NCBI GenBank assembly: GCA_964016885.1
Contig: OZ024740.1
Span: 166,966,001 to 167,030,000, forward strand
Length of the DNA stretch: 64,000 bases
Direction: 5' to 3'
From: Eledone cirrhosa
Lineage: Eukaryota
Position 1 is the first letter of the stretch. Each line of letters opens with the position of its first letter. The notes under the pieces were generated by a model. The model was not told where the DNA came from. It did no database searches and saw only the letters and a program-made list of their open reading frames with translations. The position numbers and the translations under genes are program-made. Shown here one piece after another: positions 1 to 11,711 of this stretch.

Positions 1-391
1 AAGAGGGAGCAATTCCGTTCACAGTATTTCGTCATTATCTTTTGCCCGGCGTTTTCTTTTTATATAGTCATTAATTTTTGTTATCGCCAAACATTCCATT
101 GAGATAATGTTTTTTAAATATTTGTTTATATGATATCAGATTCTTCCTATCGCTCATTATATCTTTATGACATCGGAGGTCCCAAAAATATATATTTAAA
201 AATGCACTAAGAAAACCGCATTTAGGTTTCAGGTTTTATTTAGCATGTTTTTCTTCAACATATAACTTTGTATTAAGTGTTTACAGCACGACAACCTTAA
301 CATGAATATGTCATTTATCATAGCGTTCTCTAAATAAACAAATATATATTCTATGCACACATACACATATATATAAATACACTCACACAAA

Positions 392-447
<56 letters not shown>

Positions 448-452
<5 letters not shown>

Positions 453-608
453 ATACTTTGGGAGGGTCATGTTGCCAATAAGAAACACACGCACTAGGTG
501 TTTCATTTCAATTTATTATAATAAATTCATAAATTTAGGAATTTATAAATTTCCGGTTTCAACACACATTTTCAGATAAAGAATCTTGCTAAACAAATTC
601 AGAAACGA
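448..608. mobile_element. Rearranged pLTR end of the YVDD-type PLE family (448-552 minus, 553-608 plus)
   Basis: 448-552 is the reverse complement of the pLTR end at 50148-50258 (TTGGCAACATGACCCTCCCAAAGTATAACAATA). 553-608 matches the downstream extension CGGTTTCAACACAC...AAATTCAGAAACG at 28991-29044. Flanked by (TA)n. Confidence 0.75.
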
Positions 609-788
609 AATATATATATAATATATAGAATAGGACTAGAACTGTTTCATTCGGGAGAAATCATCAGGAAGCCGACTGTCCAAGTAATATGATGGTATTT
701 ATATCTTTTCTAGTGGTATTGAATACCTTACATACTGTGGTTACTCCCGATTGAACCCGGGATAAACTTATATATATATATATATATA

Positions 789-884
789 CAGGGTGTCCCC
801 CAATATGTATACACTCTTTGATTACCGGTACAGGAAATATTTATTAGAATGCTATTGAAGTATCTATACATGTTTAGGGACACC

Positions 885-887
<3 letters not shown>
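789..887. mobile_element. 99-bp Tc1/mariner-type MITE
   Basis: Terminal inverted repeats CAGGGTGTCCC...GGGACACCCTG (about 24 bp, imperfect) with TA on both sides, inserted in a (TA)n tract. Confidence 0.75.
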
Positions 888-951
<64 letters not shown>

Positions 952-978
952 CGTGTGTATGTGTATGTGTGTGCGTGT

Positions 979-1010
<32 letters not shown>

Positions 1011-1352
1011 ATGCGTGCGTGTGTGTGTGTGTGTATGTGTTTGCGTGTGTATGTATTTAAACAAAAACACGTTGCGGTATTATTGTCGGAGGTACCTTCA
1101 AATTGTAACACATATCTCATACATACTGAAGTACGTCTAGACACATTTACGTCTTGCAAGATGTAATTGACATAAGGCCACGTTTGTTAACGATCACGTG
1201 ATACCCTTCGAGATCTCATGTAAACACGACTTTCGTACGAACCGGGGATTTCTGTCGACCTATTAATACAAATCATATTTAATATTACTGCAATATTTTC
1301 CTTACGAATTAAAATGTTTGCTTTTTGTCCACGCTTCGCCATGTACAAATTG

Positions 1353-1411
<59 letters not shown>

Positions 1412-1421
1412 CGCGCGAGAG

Positions 1422-1529
1422 ACATGATGAGCCGCAAAAATATATACAGATCTTTTACATTGTGCATTCTAATAAATATTGCCAGTACAGGTCATCAGAG
1501 TGTATATACATTTTTGGAGGGTCACGCTG
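1422..1529. mobile_element. Degenerate second copy of the same MITE, opposite orientation
   Basis: The reverse complement reads CAGCGTGACCCTCCAAAAATGTATATACACTCTGATGACCTGTACTGGCAATATTTATTAGAATGC, aligning to 789-852. Confidence 0.6.
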
Positions 1530-1860
1530 TATATATATAGTATATATGAAAGAATGTATAATCATGTTATTTGACGGTGAGAATATGCATTTGTGTGATT
1601 TAGGTGAACATGAAGCAATATAAATAAACTACCGAAGGAAATGAATACCAAAAATATTACGATTAGTCGAAGTTATGTCAATTAGATGCAACCGTACGAA
1701 GCATGGTAGTGTTATATCATATATATTTGCGCTACAAACCACCCCCATGACATTGAACTACGTGGATTCATTCTTTTACAAATATATATATATAGATACA
1801 TTAAATATATATATAGTGACGAAACATAAGTCAATTGCATGAACTCATAATCCATTATTT

Positions 1861-1916
1861 ACTGCTATATATATTTCGCTGATAGCCATTGAATGGTTAT
1901 GACCTCATCAGGCAGT
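1861..1916 (-). ncRNA. Minimal type-I hammerhead ribozyme in a PLE pLTR remnant
   Basis: Minus strand ACTGC-CTGATGA-ggtcATAACCATtcaATGGCTATcagc-GAAA-TATATA-TA-GCAGT: helix I, both core boxes and a palindromic helix III. Homologous to 38796-38850. Confidence 0.75.
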
Positions 1917-2829
1917 TAGATATGTCAGCTCTGTGTTGTTTGTGTTGATGGTTTCAGAGCCTTGGGACATATGAGCTTGTTAGGGACAATTTAAAGTTGT
2001 CAGCAGGAATAATCTTAATTCTCATTGGTCAGTTTGTTGATGCTAGTAGGGATGGTATTTGACCTCAAAGAGGTAGGTGGCGTTGTAAAGTTCAAACCAT
2101 CAGGCAAGATGACAATAGTTCCATATGACTGATTTTCACAAAAAGCATTCCTGGTAAGATATATATTCAATTGAGGTTTATAGTATGAAATTCGAAACTA
2201 CAGGTCATTCTTAAATTGAAGAATTTATGTGGGGTGGTACTACTTAAAATTATGGTTAGAATCAAATACTTAGAAAGTTTACATATAAAAAGACTTATGT
2301 TGGTTGACTTGCAGATACACTCACACCCACATACACACACATACATCTACACACACAAATCCATACAGATGTGTATATATATATATGTATGTACGCACAA
2401 GTGCACATATATATATACATCAGAAGTCCCCAAATACAAGTATATGGCAGACATAAAACGAGGTGGGTGTTATCTTTAAAGAAAAGTAAAGTGGGTGTTT
2501 GGAAAAGTTATTGTTTAGACTAGACAAAAGTAGAGTGTGATATATATGTTCACAGCAATAGCTTGGGGGCTTTGGAGATTAGGCGAATCCCTTAGTACAG
2601 GTACACGCACCCACCCACACTTGTATACCTCCGGATGCGTGTGTATGTCTATATACACATGTGCACTCATACAAGAGAGCATACACAAATATACTCTTAA
2701 GCATACACTCGAACATTTTTCAAATGCAACCTGGGGTATTAGTATTTCGTTGCGTTGACATAAGTGTACATTCACGTGATCCCAGTATACACCCACAACG
2801 CACGGCTGCAGGCACGCATTCATGCGTAT

Positions 2830-3930
2830 AGGGTTAGTACCTTGGGATAATTGTTCTTCCTGTGTGGGCCACTCCCGGGGGGAGGGGTCCTCAGGTTAAA
2901 TAAACGTGGTTTTGCTGACTCCTAACCAGTAGATAATCAGGTGGACAATCCACCGTAGGAACCACAAAATATGGGTGGGTGTTGTTGCCATTGGTACGGG
3001 GTCTAGGAGGACCTACAGGGGGTGGGGGCGTTGTGGGAGGTCATAACCAGAGTTTATCCATATAGCTTGAGGAAAGTTCCCGTCCTTAGGTGTCTGCAGG
3101 TGCCGAATAAGTCGGCCCTTCTGTTTAATAGCTTGGTTCCGCCGTGAAGTATCTCGAGTGTCTCACTAAGACAGAGGTTGCAAATACCAGACCCACCTCT
3201 GTCTGGGGGAACCTTTCTAACCACGGACCAGACCAGAGAATGCGGGGTCTTTTCAAGTTTGAGCTTCCAGATCAATTCAGAAAGGGCCGTACATTTTCTC
3301 TTTTCTATTCTAAAAGAATGGCGATGGTTATACCACCTATCTTTGAAGCTCATCGCCGTGGATCCTATGAGATGGTGCCCCGAGTTAGGGGTTGTGACCT
3401 TGCACCTGTAGACTATGTTTTTCGTCATGCATTCATTAATAAGGGGGCATATTGATGGGTCTCTGCAATTGCCAGACTTTTTAAGCCGCTGCACATGTAC
3501 CGCGTGGTTACCATCATGCGGGGTTGGCTGGGTAGCCGCCGCTATCAGCACAGGGTCGTTGGGTTCCGCTGTGCCAGTTGAGCCTGTTCCGGATCTGCTG
3601 CGTCCCGCGTGCTGGTTCCGTTGGGTGGCTCCGTGGTTTACGGTAGTATTAGAGGCAGTGAGCCTACTCCTATTTATGCCGGCTATGTGCTGGGCTACGG
3701 AGGTGTGGTTGAGTAGGAAAGTTTCACCGTGTGCCTGTTGAATATTTTATGGTAGCTGTGGGCCCTGGGGAAACATTTATCCAGTACTCTAAAGAATGTT
3801 CTAGCCAGGCTGGTACGTAGACTCACCGAGTACGGGGGGTTATGCCATGTGACCTTCCTGGTCCTATTCTTTCGGGGTTGTTGGGTGTCCGCTGTGGTTC
3901 ATCGCAGGGTTGTGCACAAGTCAGGTCGAG
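2830..3930 (-). mobile_element. 5'-truncated Naiad-like PLE: linker + GIY-YIG + 3'UTR
   Basis: Upstream linker RKVTWHNPPYS..LARTFFRVLDKCFP (frameshifted), then ORF 3054-3551. A degenerate CTGAGGA HHR remnant lies near 2845-2900. Confidence 0.8.
3054..3551 (-). pseudogene. PLE GIY-YIG endonuclease fragment
   Basis: NCRDPSICPLINECMTKNIVYRCKV...LIGSTAMSFKDRWYNHRHSF...CNLCLSE...LLNRRADLFGTCRH: PLE Cys knuckle, IVY/xIG-type GIY-YIG and the CxLCxxE...CRH tail. Confidence 0.85.
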
Positions 3931-3982
3931 CTTATATATATATATATATAAAACATATAATTTGATATATATATATGTAATA

Positions 3983-4030
<48 letters not shown>

Positions 4031-4164
4031 AATTACAGTTGATCCATCAAAGTGATGCTGCGAAGCAAATGGAAGTCAAAGTTAATCTCGGCGTGATTGG
4101 AACTCGAACCGTAAAGTGTAGACTCCAGTATCTACTTTGGGGATGTATTAAGGAGAGTGTAATA

Positions 4165-4320
4165 ATAATAATGTTTTCTACTTTAGGCACAAGGCCAACA
4201 AATTGAAGGGAACCAGAAAGTCAATTAAATAGAGCCCAGCGCAATAGTGGTGTCTCATTTTATCGACCCCGTAAGGTGAACGGCAAATCTAACCGCGGCG
4301 GAATTTGAACGCAGAAGGTA
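4165..4320 (-). mobile_element. Octopus-type SINE, degenerate
   Basis: TTTATCGACCCCG...CGGCGGAATTTGAAC and TTTCTACTTTAGGCACAAGGCC are reverse complements of the SINE at 51973-52165. Confidence 0.6.
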
Positions 4321-4489
4321 TTAATAAAAAATAAGCAAACAACGCCTTACGTTAAAACTATCCAGTTACAGGTTGTGAGTACTCTGTACTATGGACAATT
4401 TTAACGTTCGGCGTTGTTTGACTCAACAAGAGGTTTCCTTAGTTAGGTAGCGAGTTTGCGTGAATTCCCATGCAGGTCATTCTTGGAGT

Positions 4490-5405
4490 AATAGTAGTGA
4501 AAGAGTGAAGAATAACATGGTCGGCTGTACAAAAAAGGATTTTATTTACAGTATTAACAATTGTTTCATTGATCAGGTGAGTCTAAAGGCCGCTGATCAC
4601 TCGAAATTGCGTCACTCTACCTTGAATGCAGTGTGTATCTCTGATAAAATCATCGGAATACTGGAGGGTGTAACACATGGCATTGATATTTATAGATACA
4701 TCGGAGAATCAAGTGAATGAAAACAATAACATCAATAATAAAAGATAATAAACAATAATAAACGTATAAAGAAGTAAAAATGAAAATAATAAAGATGTAG
4801 AAATAAGTAAAAAAAAAATACAAATTACGGTGACTGATAATAGTAGAAGTGGGGGTGCTAGTTGAAGTTATAATGTGTAAAATAGTGATGTGAGTAAAGA
4901 TAACAATAACACGAAAAGAAATACGTTATATGATATGCAGTGTATTGAGTTTATGAATTAGCAAAATAAAAATGCAAGAGATACAATAAAATATCAGAGG
5001 ATTAAATAAAAAATAAGAAGTAAGAGAGAAAGAGAAAAGGAACAGGAGACAGAGAATAAGGATTCGGGGATGAGACATAAAGGGTAGGACTAAGGTTTAT
5101 CTTAATGGAGGTGATTCGGCTATAGAGAGAGGGTGAAAGAAAGGTTGGGAGATTCATGATGTTGATTTAATGATCAGTTGGTGAGTTGACAGCTAATAAG
5201 AGTGGAGTGGTGTGAAGCTAGTACATTTAAATCCGGGTGGTTTTGATTGAATTCCGAGATTGCTGGATCGAATCATGTCGGTTGTGGTTTGTGGAAATTA
5301 GAGTGATCAGCGGCCTTTAGACTAACCTGATCAATGAAACAATTGTTAATACTGTAAATAAAACCCTTTTTGTACAGCCGATCATGTTATTCTTCACTCT
5401 TTCAC

Positions 5406-5441
<36 letters not shown>

Positions 5442-5505
5442 ATGAAGAGTGAAGAATAACATGATCGGCTGTACAAAAAGGGTTTTATTTACAGTATTAA
5501 CAATT

Positions 5506-5510
<5 letters not shown>
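4490..5510 (-). mobile_element. PLE 3'UTR/pLTR remnant with inverted partial pLTR copies
   Basis: 4490-4602 is the inverted repeat of 5301-5410. 5438-5508 is again inverted relative to 5340-5410, around a (TA)n tract. An HHR lies in the minus copy. Confidence 0.65.
4551..4661 (-). ncRNA. Hammerhead ribozyme with an 82-nt helix II domain (core CCGATGA, one mutation)
   Basis: Minus strand CAGTATT-CCGATGA-[ttttATCAG...CTGATcaat]-GAAA-CAATTG-TT-AATACTG. Confidence 0.6.
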
Positions 5511-5547
<37 letters not shown>

Positions 5548-6130
5548 AATATTTTAGTATCGTGAGAGAGTAGAGGTTTAAGGGGATAAGCGATATATAT
5601 AGTTAGTTGCCAAAAGCTGGTGCATTTGTGATCAATACGCGTGCCTACAGGGTTAAATATCGGAGGCGTTAATATTTAGTGGGCGAGAAAGTAAGCAGAG
5701 CGGTGACAAATGAAAGGATTACAAAGGAGAATACATACTGTTAGAACATGTTTATACAAAAGTACCTACATACGTTTCGCCCTAAAAGGGCTTCTCAAGA
5801 GCATACAAATCCAGAGACTGTTCAGTATAGTACCCAGAAGGGGTTTTAAGAAGATAGTCACATCGAAGTTCATTCTTGATTCAAACAGACATGGTCGTTA
5901 TTGTCACAGAGCAAGGGGATTAACTCTTACCGGTGTTTGAATAAATGTCCCCAAATGGCTTATTATCCGTTCACATGATGTTTGTTTTCAACTACCGTTT
6001 TATGGGTGCCACTTTACTGCTGCCTAGACCAGCCAGATCTGAGAGGCATAGTTGGTGTACAGATGTTTAGTTATGCAAACTGCCCGCCGGCGCGTAATGG
6101 TTTGGTGCAGGGGGACCCAGTTTATGGTGT

Positions 6131-6727
6131 TCAGGTCTCAACTGGGGTCCAACAATAGAATGACTGCTGCATTCTGTGTCTGCAGTTTATTACGGATTCT
6201 GCTATGCTGTTGATGAGCTCAGTGGGTGCTCTTACGATATGGTAAAGTTCCATGAGGCAGAGCTGGCCCTTCCTCTTGACGTTGTAGGGTGTTGCCCTGC
6301 TGACAATTTCCCAGTATGTGGAAAAGCTAATGTTGGAGTCTTTCAATGTTGTGATGTAATTGGCGAGTGGTGTTGAGTATCTAAGCTTCTTGTTTGTAAA
6401 AGAGTAGAGATACGTTCGAAATCTAGTTTTGAACGAGCCAAAGGTGGCCCCTATATAAAGATTGACGCTATTATGGCTAGTTACGGTGCACCTATAAATA
6501 ACATTGTCTGTCATGCAGCTTCCTCTGAACGAACAGCTTCTCTTGTCTCGACAGTTGCAGTGTCGGCTGCGGTCGCTGCCGCTACGGTGGCTCATAGTTC
6601 CCGACGTAAGGCTATTACTATCACTACCTATGTTATTGTCAACGCTACCACCACTATCACCGTAATTAGTACTATTATATCCTGTAGCGCGGGCGGTAGT
6701 ACCATTATTACTCCAACGCCACAGCAC
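6131..6727 (-). pseudogene. PLE GIY-YIG endonuclease fragment with an S/N/G-rich linker
   Basis: HCNCRDKRSCSFRGSCMTDNVIYRCTV...LYIGATFGSFKTRF...QLCLMELYHI...INCRH. Confidence 0.85.
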
Positions 6728-7203
6728 CTTCTGTTGCTGCCTCGCGACACGTACGGGTAAACCAGCATGTTCCCCAGTTTCGCCGCGGTTATGTCGGTTG
6801 CGTCAGTTGGAGCTGGCGTCGACGCTGTCGGGTGCTGCTAGGGAAATATTAAGGCTATTTGGGTTGCTGTCAAGTCTAGACCTATCGCTGCTGTGGTGCC
6901 GTGTTTTGGTGAGCTTTCTGTAATTAGTTATCCCTATGATGTCTACTAGATAAGGTGTAACGTCCTATGGTTCCATCCTCCCTACTCTCGGAGTGTGGCC
7001 TCTGACTTACCTAGTATATTCTACGAAGCCTTAGAGAAGAACTTCCCACCCAACCATAAGTACAGGAAAATCCCCAATAAGAACAATATTAAAATATCCT
7101 TCTCCACTGCACCTAATCTGTTTGAATCAAGAATGAACTCCGATATGACAATCTTCTTAAAACCCCTTCTGGGTTCTATACTGAACACTCTCTTGATTTG
7201 TAT

Positions 7204-7244
7204 GCCCTTGAGAAGCCCTTTTCGGGCGAAACGCACGTAGGTGC
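7204..7244 (+). ncRNA. Hammerhead ribozyme, U3:A8 core variant (second copy at about 5762-5803, minus)
   Basis: GCCC-TTGAGAA-GCCCttttcGGGC-GAAA-CGCACG-TA-GGtGC. The same TTGAGAA core is present in both pLTR copies. Confidence 0.6.
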
Positions 7245-7291
7245 TTTTGTATAAAACATGTTCTAACAGTACGTATTCTCCTTTGTAATCC

Positions 7292-7389
<98 letters not shown>

Positions 7390-7411
7390 GTATATATATA
7401 TATGTATATAT

Positions 7412-7828
7412 ATATGTATAAATATTTCGTATCTCCAAACAAATACGATTTTAGGAAGCCGTAGCTATGGAGGGTGGGGGGCTACCGCCCTCTGGTGATG
7501 TCCAGCAGAAGCAAGAGGGACAACCGTCTATGCATTTCAGGCTTAACTGGCCTTCGTCAGGACGGTCCCTCTCGCCGCTTGCGACTGGCGGACTAGAAAC
7601 AGGCGAGAATATATACTTCTCTCGTCTGTGTATATAAGGTGATTAATCTCATTTGCATATGAAGCTGCATTAGTTGGCTCAACTTATAATTAAAAAAAAA
7701 TCGGATTTCGCTTCAAGCATAGCTTTATACAATATGTATAAATATTTCGTATCTCCAAAGAATTACGGTTTTAGGAAGCCGTAGCTATGCAAACACCGGG
7801 GGGATAGACGGTTGTCCTCCTTACTTCT
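7412..7828 (-). mobile_element. Retrozyme-like non-coding element, 320-bp unit (about 1.2 units) plus a short inverted piece
   Basis: 7412-7469 is directly repeated at 7732-7789 (period 320). One intact HHR and no ORF. 7804-7828 is an inverted copy starting next to the HHR cleavage site. The 3' end abuts (TA)n. Confidence 0.75.
7523..7566 (-). ncRNA. Canonical minimal type-I hammerhead ribozyme
   Basis: Minus strand ACCGTC-CTGACGA-AGGCcagttaaGCCT-GAAA-TGCA-TA-GACGGT. Helix I extends to GAGGG/CCCTC. Confidence 0.9.
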
Positions 7829-7831
7829 TTG

Positions 7832-8008
7832 GCTGTTTGAATTAGTATGGTATAGACAAGTACATATGTTGTTGAGGTGTATAATATTGTCAATACTCTG
7901 ATATGCCCAGTTCCTGGTTGGGTTGTTATTTCACTGAGGAACTGGAATCATATCTGGAATCATATGATGAATTTTAATCATTTGACTTTTTATTTAACTT
8001 TATTTTAC
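7832..8008. mobile_element. Fragment of the pLTR family also at 38745-38970
   Basis: 7832-7955 is near-identical to 38848-38968. 7969-8005 is the reverse complement of 38746-38783. Confidence 0.7.
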
Positions 8009-8102
8009 ACTACTCCGGAGTAACCAAACCAACCTGCGCACTTCGTGGAGTGTTCCAGCCTGCATACTGATGTGTTGGTATACAACCAACGTAAACTCAA
8101 AA

Positions 8103-8136
<34 letters not shown>

Positions 8137-8967
8137 ACAACGCTTAAGCATATTTATTTATTGCTAGAGGTGGTGCTGTAATGGGCCAGCTTCAGCACTT
8201 GGTCATAGAAAAGAGGGGCGTAGGTGTAAACGCCCAAATCGTTGTCTTCGGTTTGCAGTGTGAGCCTATCCGTCCCTATGTCCATGAAGATTATGATTTC
8301 GAATACAAGCAGACCAAAATTAAATTCCGTCCTTCAAAGTGCCTTTAGAGGAAAGTTACTCGATATGGTTTGTAGCTCGAATATCCAGATAAAAGCTGCT
8401 TTTTCTCAGGATCCAGAGATCACTGCTACGGTACTACAGACGTTTGGTTTTATTGTCTAAGGAAAGAATTGCTGGAAATATTTTACGGGTAAGGCCAGGC
8501 GGCAGAAGGGCACGATATTTATTTTATTCGGGAGTTTATCGATATCCAACGACTCGTTACTACCTTTCCTCTTATTTACAATTTCGTCACTTCGTTTTTC
8601 TCATATTTCATACCATCACATTTTCTTTACTGCTGTTCTTGTCTGCCAGCTTCTGTTAATACTTCACCATCCTTAACTTAGTCTTCCTTTTTCTTAGCTC
8701 TCTTTTCTATTGCTAACAAAGACTAGTGTACGGAATGTCAAGATAATTTCCAATTCTATAAATTGCTATACTAATGTACCCTTATTCGATTATATATATA
8801 AATAAATGGGTAGGCGGTGATTTGGCAGAGTCATGAAGAAGTCGGAGAGAATGCCTTGTTAATCGGTTCGACTTTCTGGTCTCAGAATCAACTTATTATA
8901 TGGCTTTAAATAGAATATACATATAAACATTAATATTCTAGTCAATTAAGGTAGAAATTGACCCTAT

Positions 8968-9069
<102 letters not shown>

Positions 9070-9742
9070 TGAATATGTATATATGCTCTATCTACATTAG
9101 ACAGTTCGTTTGCATTTAGGTGATATTGTAAATATAGTGATATAGGAAATATAAAAATACAATAATCCTGAATAGTTCATACTGCCAACTTGATTAGCTG
9201 TTACTTCTTTCTATGATATTTCTAACATTGTTTTTATACTTCCTGTTAGCTTTATTGATTTGTTGTTTTGCAGCAAATGTTTGCTATTTTAAAGCGTTAC
9301 TATCCACCATTATGATTTATTTTTAGTCAAAGCGCAAACACAAACAAGAAGATGGGAAATCGAATATGATAAACTACATAAAAAGCAAATATGAAGTTAT
9401 ATGAATGTAGAATGCTAGGCCAATGCATTTCTCTTTCTAGGTGCATTTTGTAAATATGTAAGTATCTATTAATCAATGTATGTTTGTGCTTATGTGATTG
9501 TGTATGTATATATGCATGTCTGCATGCATGTATATGCTTAATGTATATATTGTGTATATATGAATGTCCAATGCATTTTTGTATATGAACGGATGTCTTA
9601 CATATGTATGTAAGTTTGTGTATAGGTATCAATGTACGTGCATTGAACCTCATTACTATGATTGTGAACTTCGTAAATTTAACACATGTATACGTGCATG
9701 TATCTATCTATCTATCTATCTATCTATCTCTCTCTCTCTTTC

Positions 9743-9858
<116 letters not shown>

Positions 9859-10038
9859 TTTTATATTCTTGTAAAAATGCGTGTCTGCTTATTTATGTGC
9901 GCCTACAGTCGCCCCTCACATATGTATGTATATATATATTTATATATGCAGAGGTTATATTTAATTTGTTGGGATTCAACAAGCTTAAAAATGTTTATAT
10001 CTGATATAAAGCACTCAACAAGTGAGTGGAGTAAATAC

Positions 10039-10360
10039 ACAATATATTAATAAATGGAAACTATATTTATAAGACTATATTTATTTCATTATATATATTT
10101 CAAGAGCAACCAAGGCTAATTATGGTGCGCTTTCATCAAATAAAATACAGATTTGTTTTATGAATAAATATTGACATACCCGGAAAAGAGACAGTCTTAA
10201 AGGTTGGAGGTTCCGGGTATGTCAATATTTATTTATTTATAAAACAAATCTGTATTTTATCTGATGAAAGCGCACCATAATTTGCCTTGGTTGCCCTTGA
10301 AAAATATATAATAAAATAAATATGATTTTATAAATATAGTTTCCATTTATTAATATATTG

Positions 10361-10361
<1 letters not shown>
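10039..10361. repeat. Inverted pair of pLTR ends (about 150-bp arms, 25-bp spacer), each arm with an HHR motif
   Basis: 10039-10185 versus 10211-10361. The same family occurs at 25333-25470 and 29885-30072. Confidence 0.8.
10254..10317 (+). ncRNA. Hammerhead ribozyme
   Basis: ATTTTAT-CTGATGA-AAGcgcACCAtaatttgcctTGGTtgccCTT-GAAA-aatata-TA-ATAAAAT. Confidence 0.7.
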
Positions 10362-10405
<44 letters not shown>

Positions 10406-10668
10406 GGAAAAAATGAAACGATATTTCATTTCCCACTCTTAGTACGGCTGTTACTTAAATATAAGTATGTACACGTACATACATATATGTATACCGACGT
10501 ACAGTAGTATGTATATATATATATACATACATGCACACATATATATATGCACGTATGGATTCACCGAACATTTATTATAATGCTCGGTGTGTTTGTAAAC
10601 AAACATCCCGTATTAAGCCGTAGTGTCTAGCAACCACCGTTGCTCGTTTGTTCAACACTGACAAAGGA

Positions 10669-10711
10669 ACGATGTACTAGTTTCAAGCTTGTTAGCTATC
10701 ATCAGCAACGT
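10669..10711 (-). ncRNA. Hammerhead ribozyme of the 422-bp unit
   Basis: Minus strand ACGTTG-CTGATGA-tAGCTaacaAGCTt-GAAA-CTAG-TA-CATCGT. Confidence 0.8.
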
Positions 10712-11405
10712 ATACCTTCCTGCCAGATTGTTGAACGTATATACTTACCTTATGCATATTAACGGCTGAGTAGCCCAATTTGCATATCGAGTGGGTTAAT
10801 CGGCCGGGTGCACCGAAAACGATAAACGGAAAAAATGAAACGATATTTCATTTCCCACTCTTAGTACGGCTGTTACTTAAATATAAGTATGTACACGTAC
10901 ATACATATATGTATACCGACGTACAGTAGTATGTATATATATATATACATACATGCACATATATATATGCACGTATGGATTCACCGAACATATTAACGGC
11001 TGAGTAGCTTGAAACTAGTACAGCGTTCCTTTGTCAGTGTTGAACAAACGAGCAACGGTGGTTGCTAGACACTACGGCTTAATACGGGATGTTTGTTTAC
11101 AAACACACCGAGCATTATAATAAATGTTCGGTGAATCCATACGTGCATATATATATGTGTGCATGTATGTATATATATATATACATACTACTGTACGTCG
11201 GTATACATATATGTATGTACGTGTACATACTTATATTTAAGTAACAGCCGTACTAAGAGTGGGAAATGAAATATCGTTTCATTTTTTCCGTTTATCGTTT
11301 TCGGTGCACCCGGCCGATTAACCCACTCGATATGCAAATTGGGCTTCTCAGCCGTTAATATGCATAAGGTAAGTATATACGTTCAACAATCTGGCAGGAA
11401 GGTAT

Positions 11406-11448
11406 ACGTTGCTGACGATAGCTAACAAGCTTGAAACTAGTACAGCGT
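11406..11448 (+). ncRNA. Hammerhead ribozyme of the 422-bp unit
   Basis: ACGTTG-CTGACGA-tAGCTaacaAGCTt-GAAA-CTAG-TA-CAGCGT. Predicted cleavage after GTA at 11442. Confidence 0.85.
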
Positions 11449-11651
11449 TCCTTTGTCAGTGTTGAACAAACGAGCAACGGTGGTTGCTAGACACTACGGC
11501 TTAATACGGGATGTTTGTTTACAAACACACCGAGCATTATAATAAATGTTCGGTGAATCCATACGTGCATATATATATGTGTGCATGTATGTATATATAT
11601 ATATACATACTACTGTACGTCGGTATACATATATGTATGTACGTGTACATA

Positions 11652-11711
<60 letters not shown>

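Larger units (their letters stand above)
5543..7297 (-). mobile_element. Naiad-like PLE fragment bounded by inverted pLTRs, with an internal inversion
   Basis: 5710-5889 and 7118-7297 are inverted repeats. GIY-YIG is on minus (6131-6727), while the linker peptide WFHPPYS...KISFSTAPNL is on plus (6961-7120). (TA)n at both ends. Confidence 0.85.
10401..11654. mobile_element. Retrozyme-like element: 422-bp tandem unit, 1.4 units on minus (10401-10991) joined head-to-head to 1.5 units on plus (11006-11654)
   Basis: Exact 422-bp period on both arms (10401/10823 and 11011/11433). One HHR per unit, near-identical copies, no ORF. Both outer ends abut (TA)n. Confidence 0.85.

Noticed and set aside
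632-675. HHR-like motifs here (minus), at 2845-2900 and at 8062-8100
   Set aside because: Core boxes are partly present, but helix I/III or GAAA is broken. They are probably decayed ribozymes and were not called.
8242-8460. Short ORFs or exon-like stretch after TTTGCAG
   Set aside because: No recognisable homology, and all frames close quickly.
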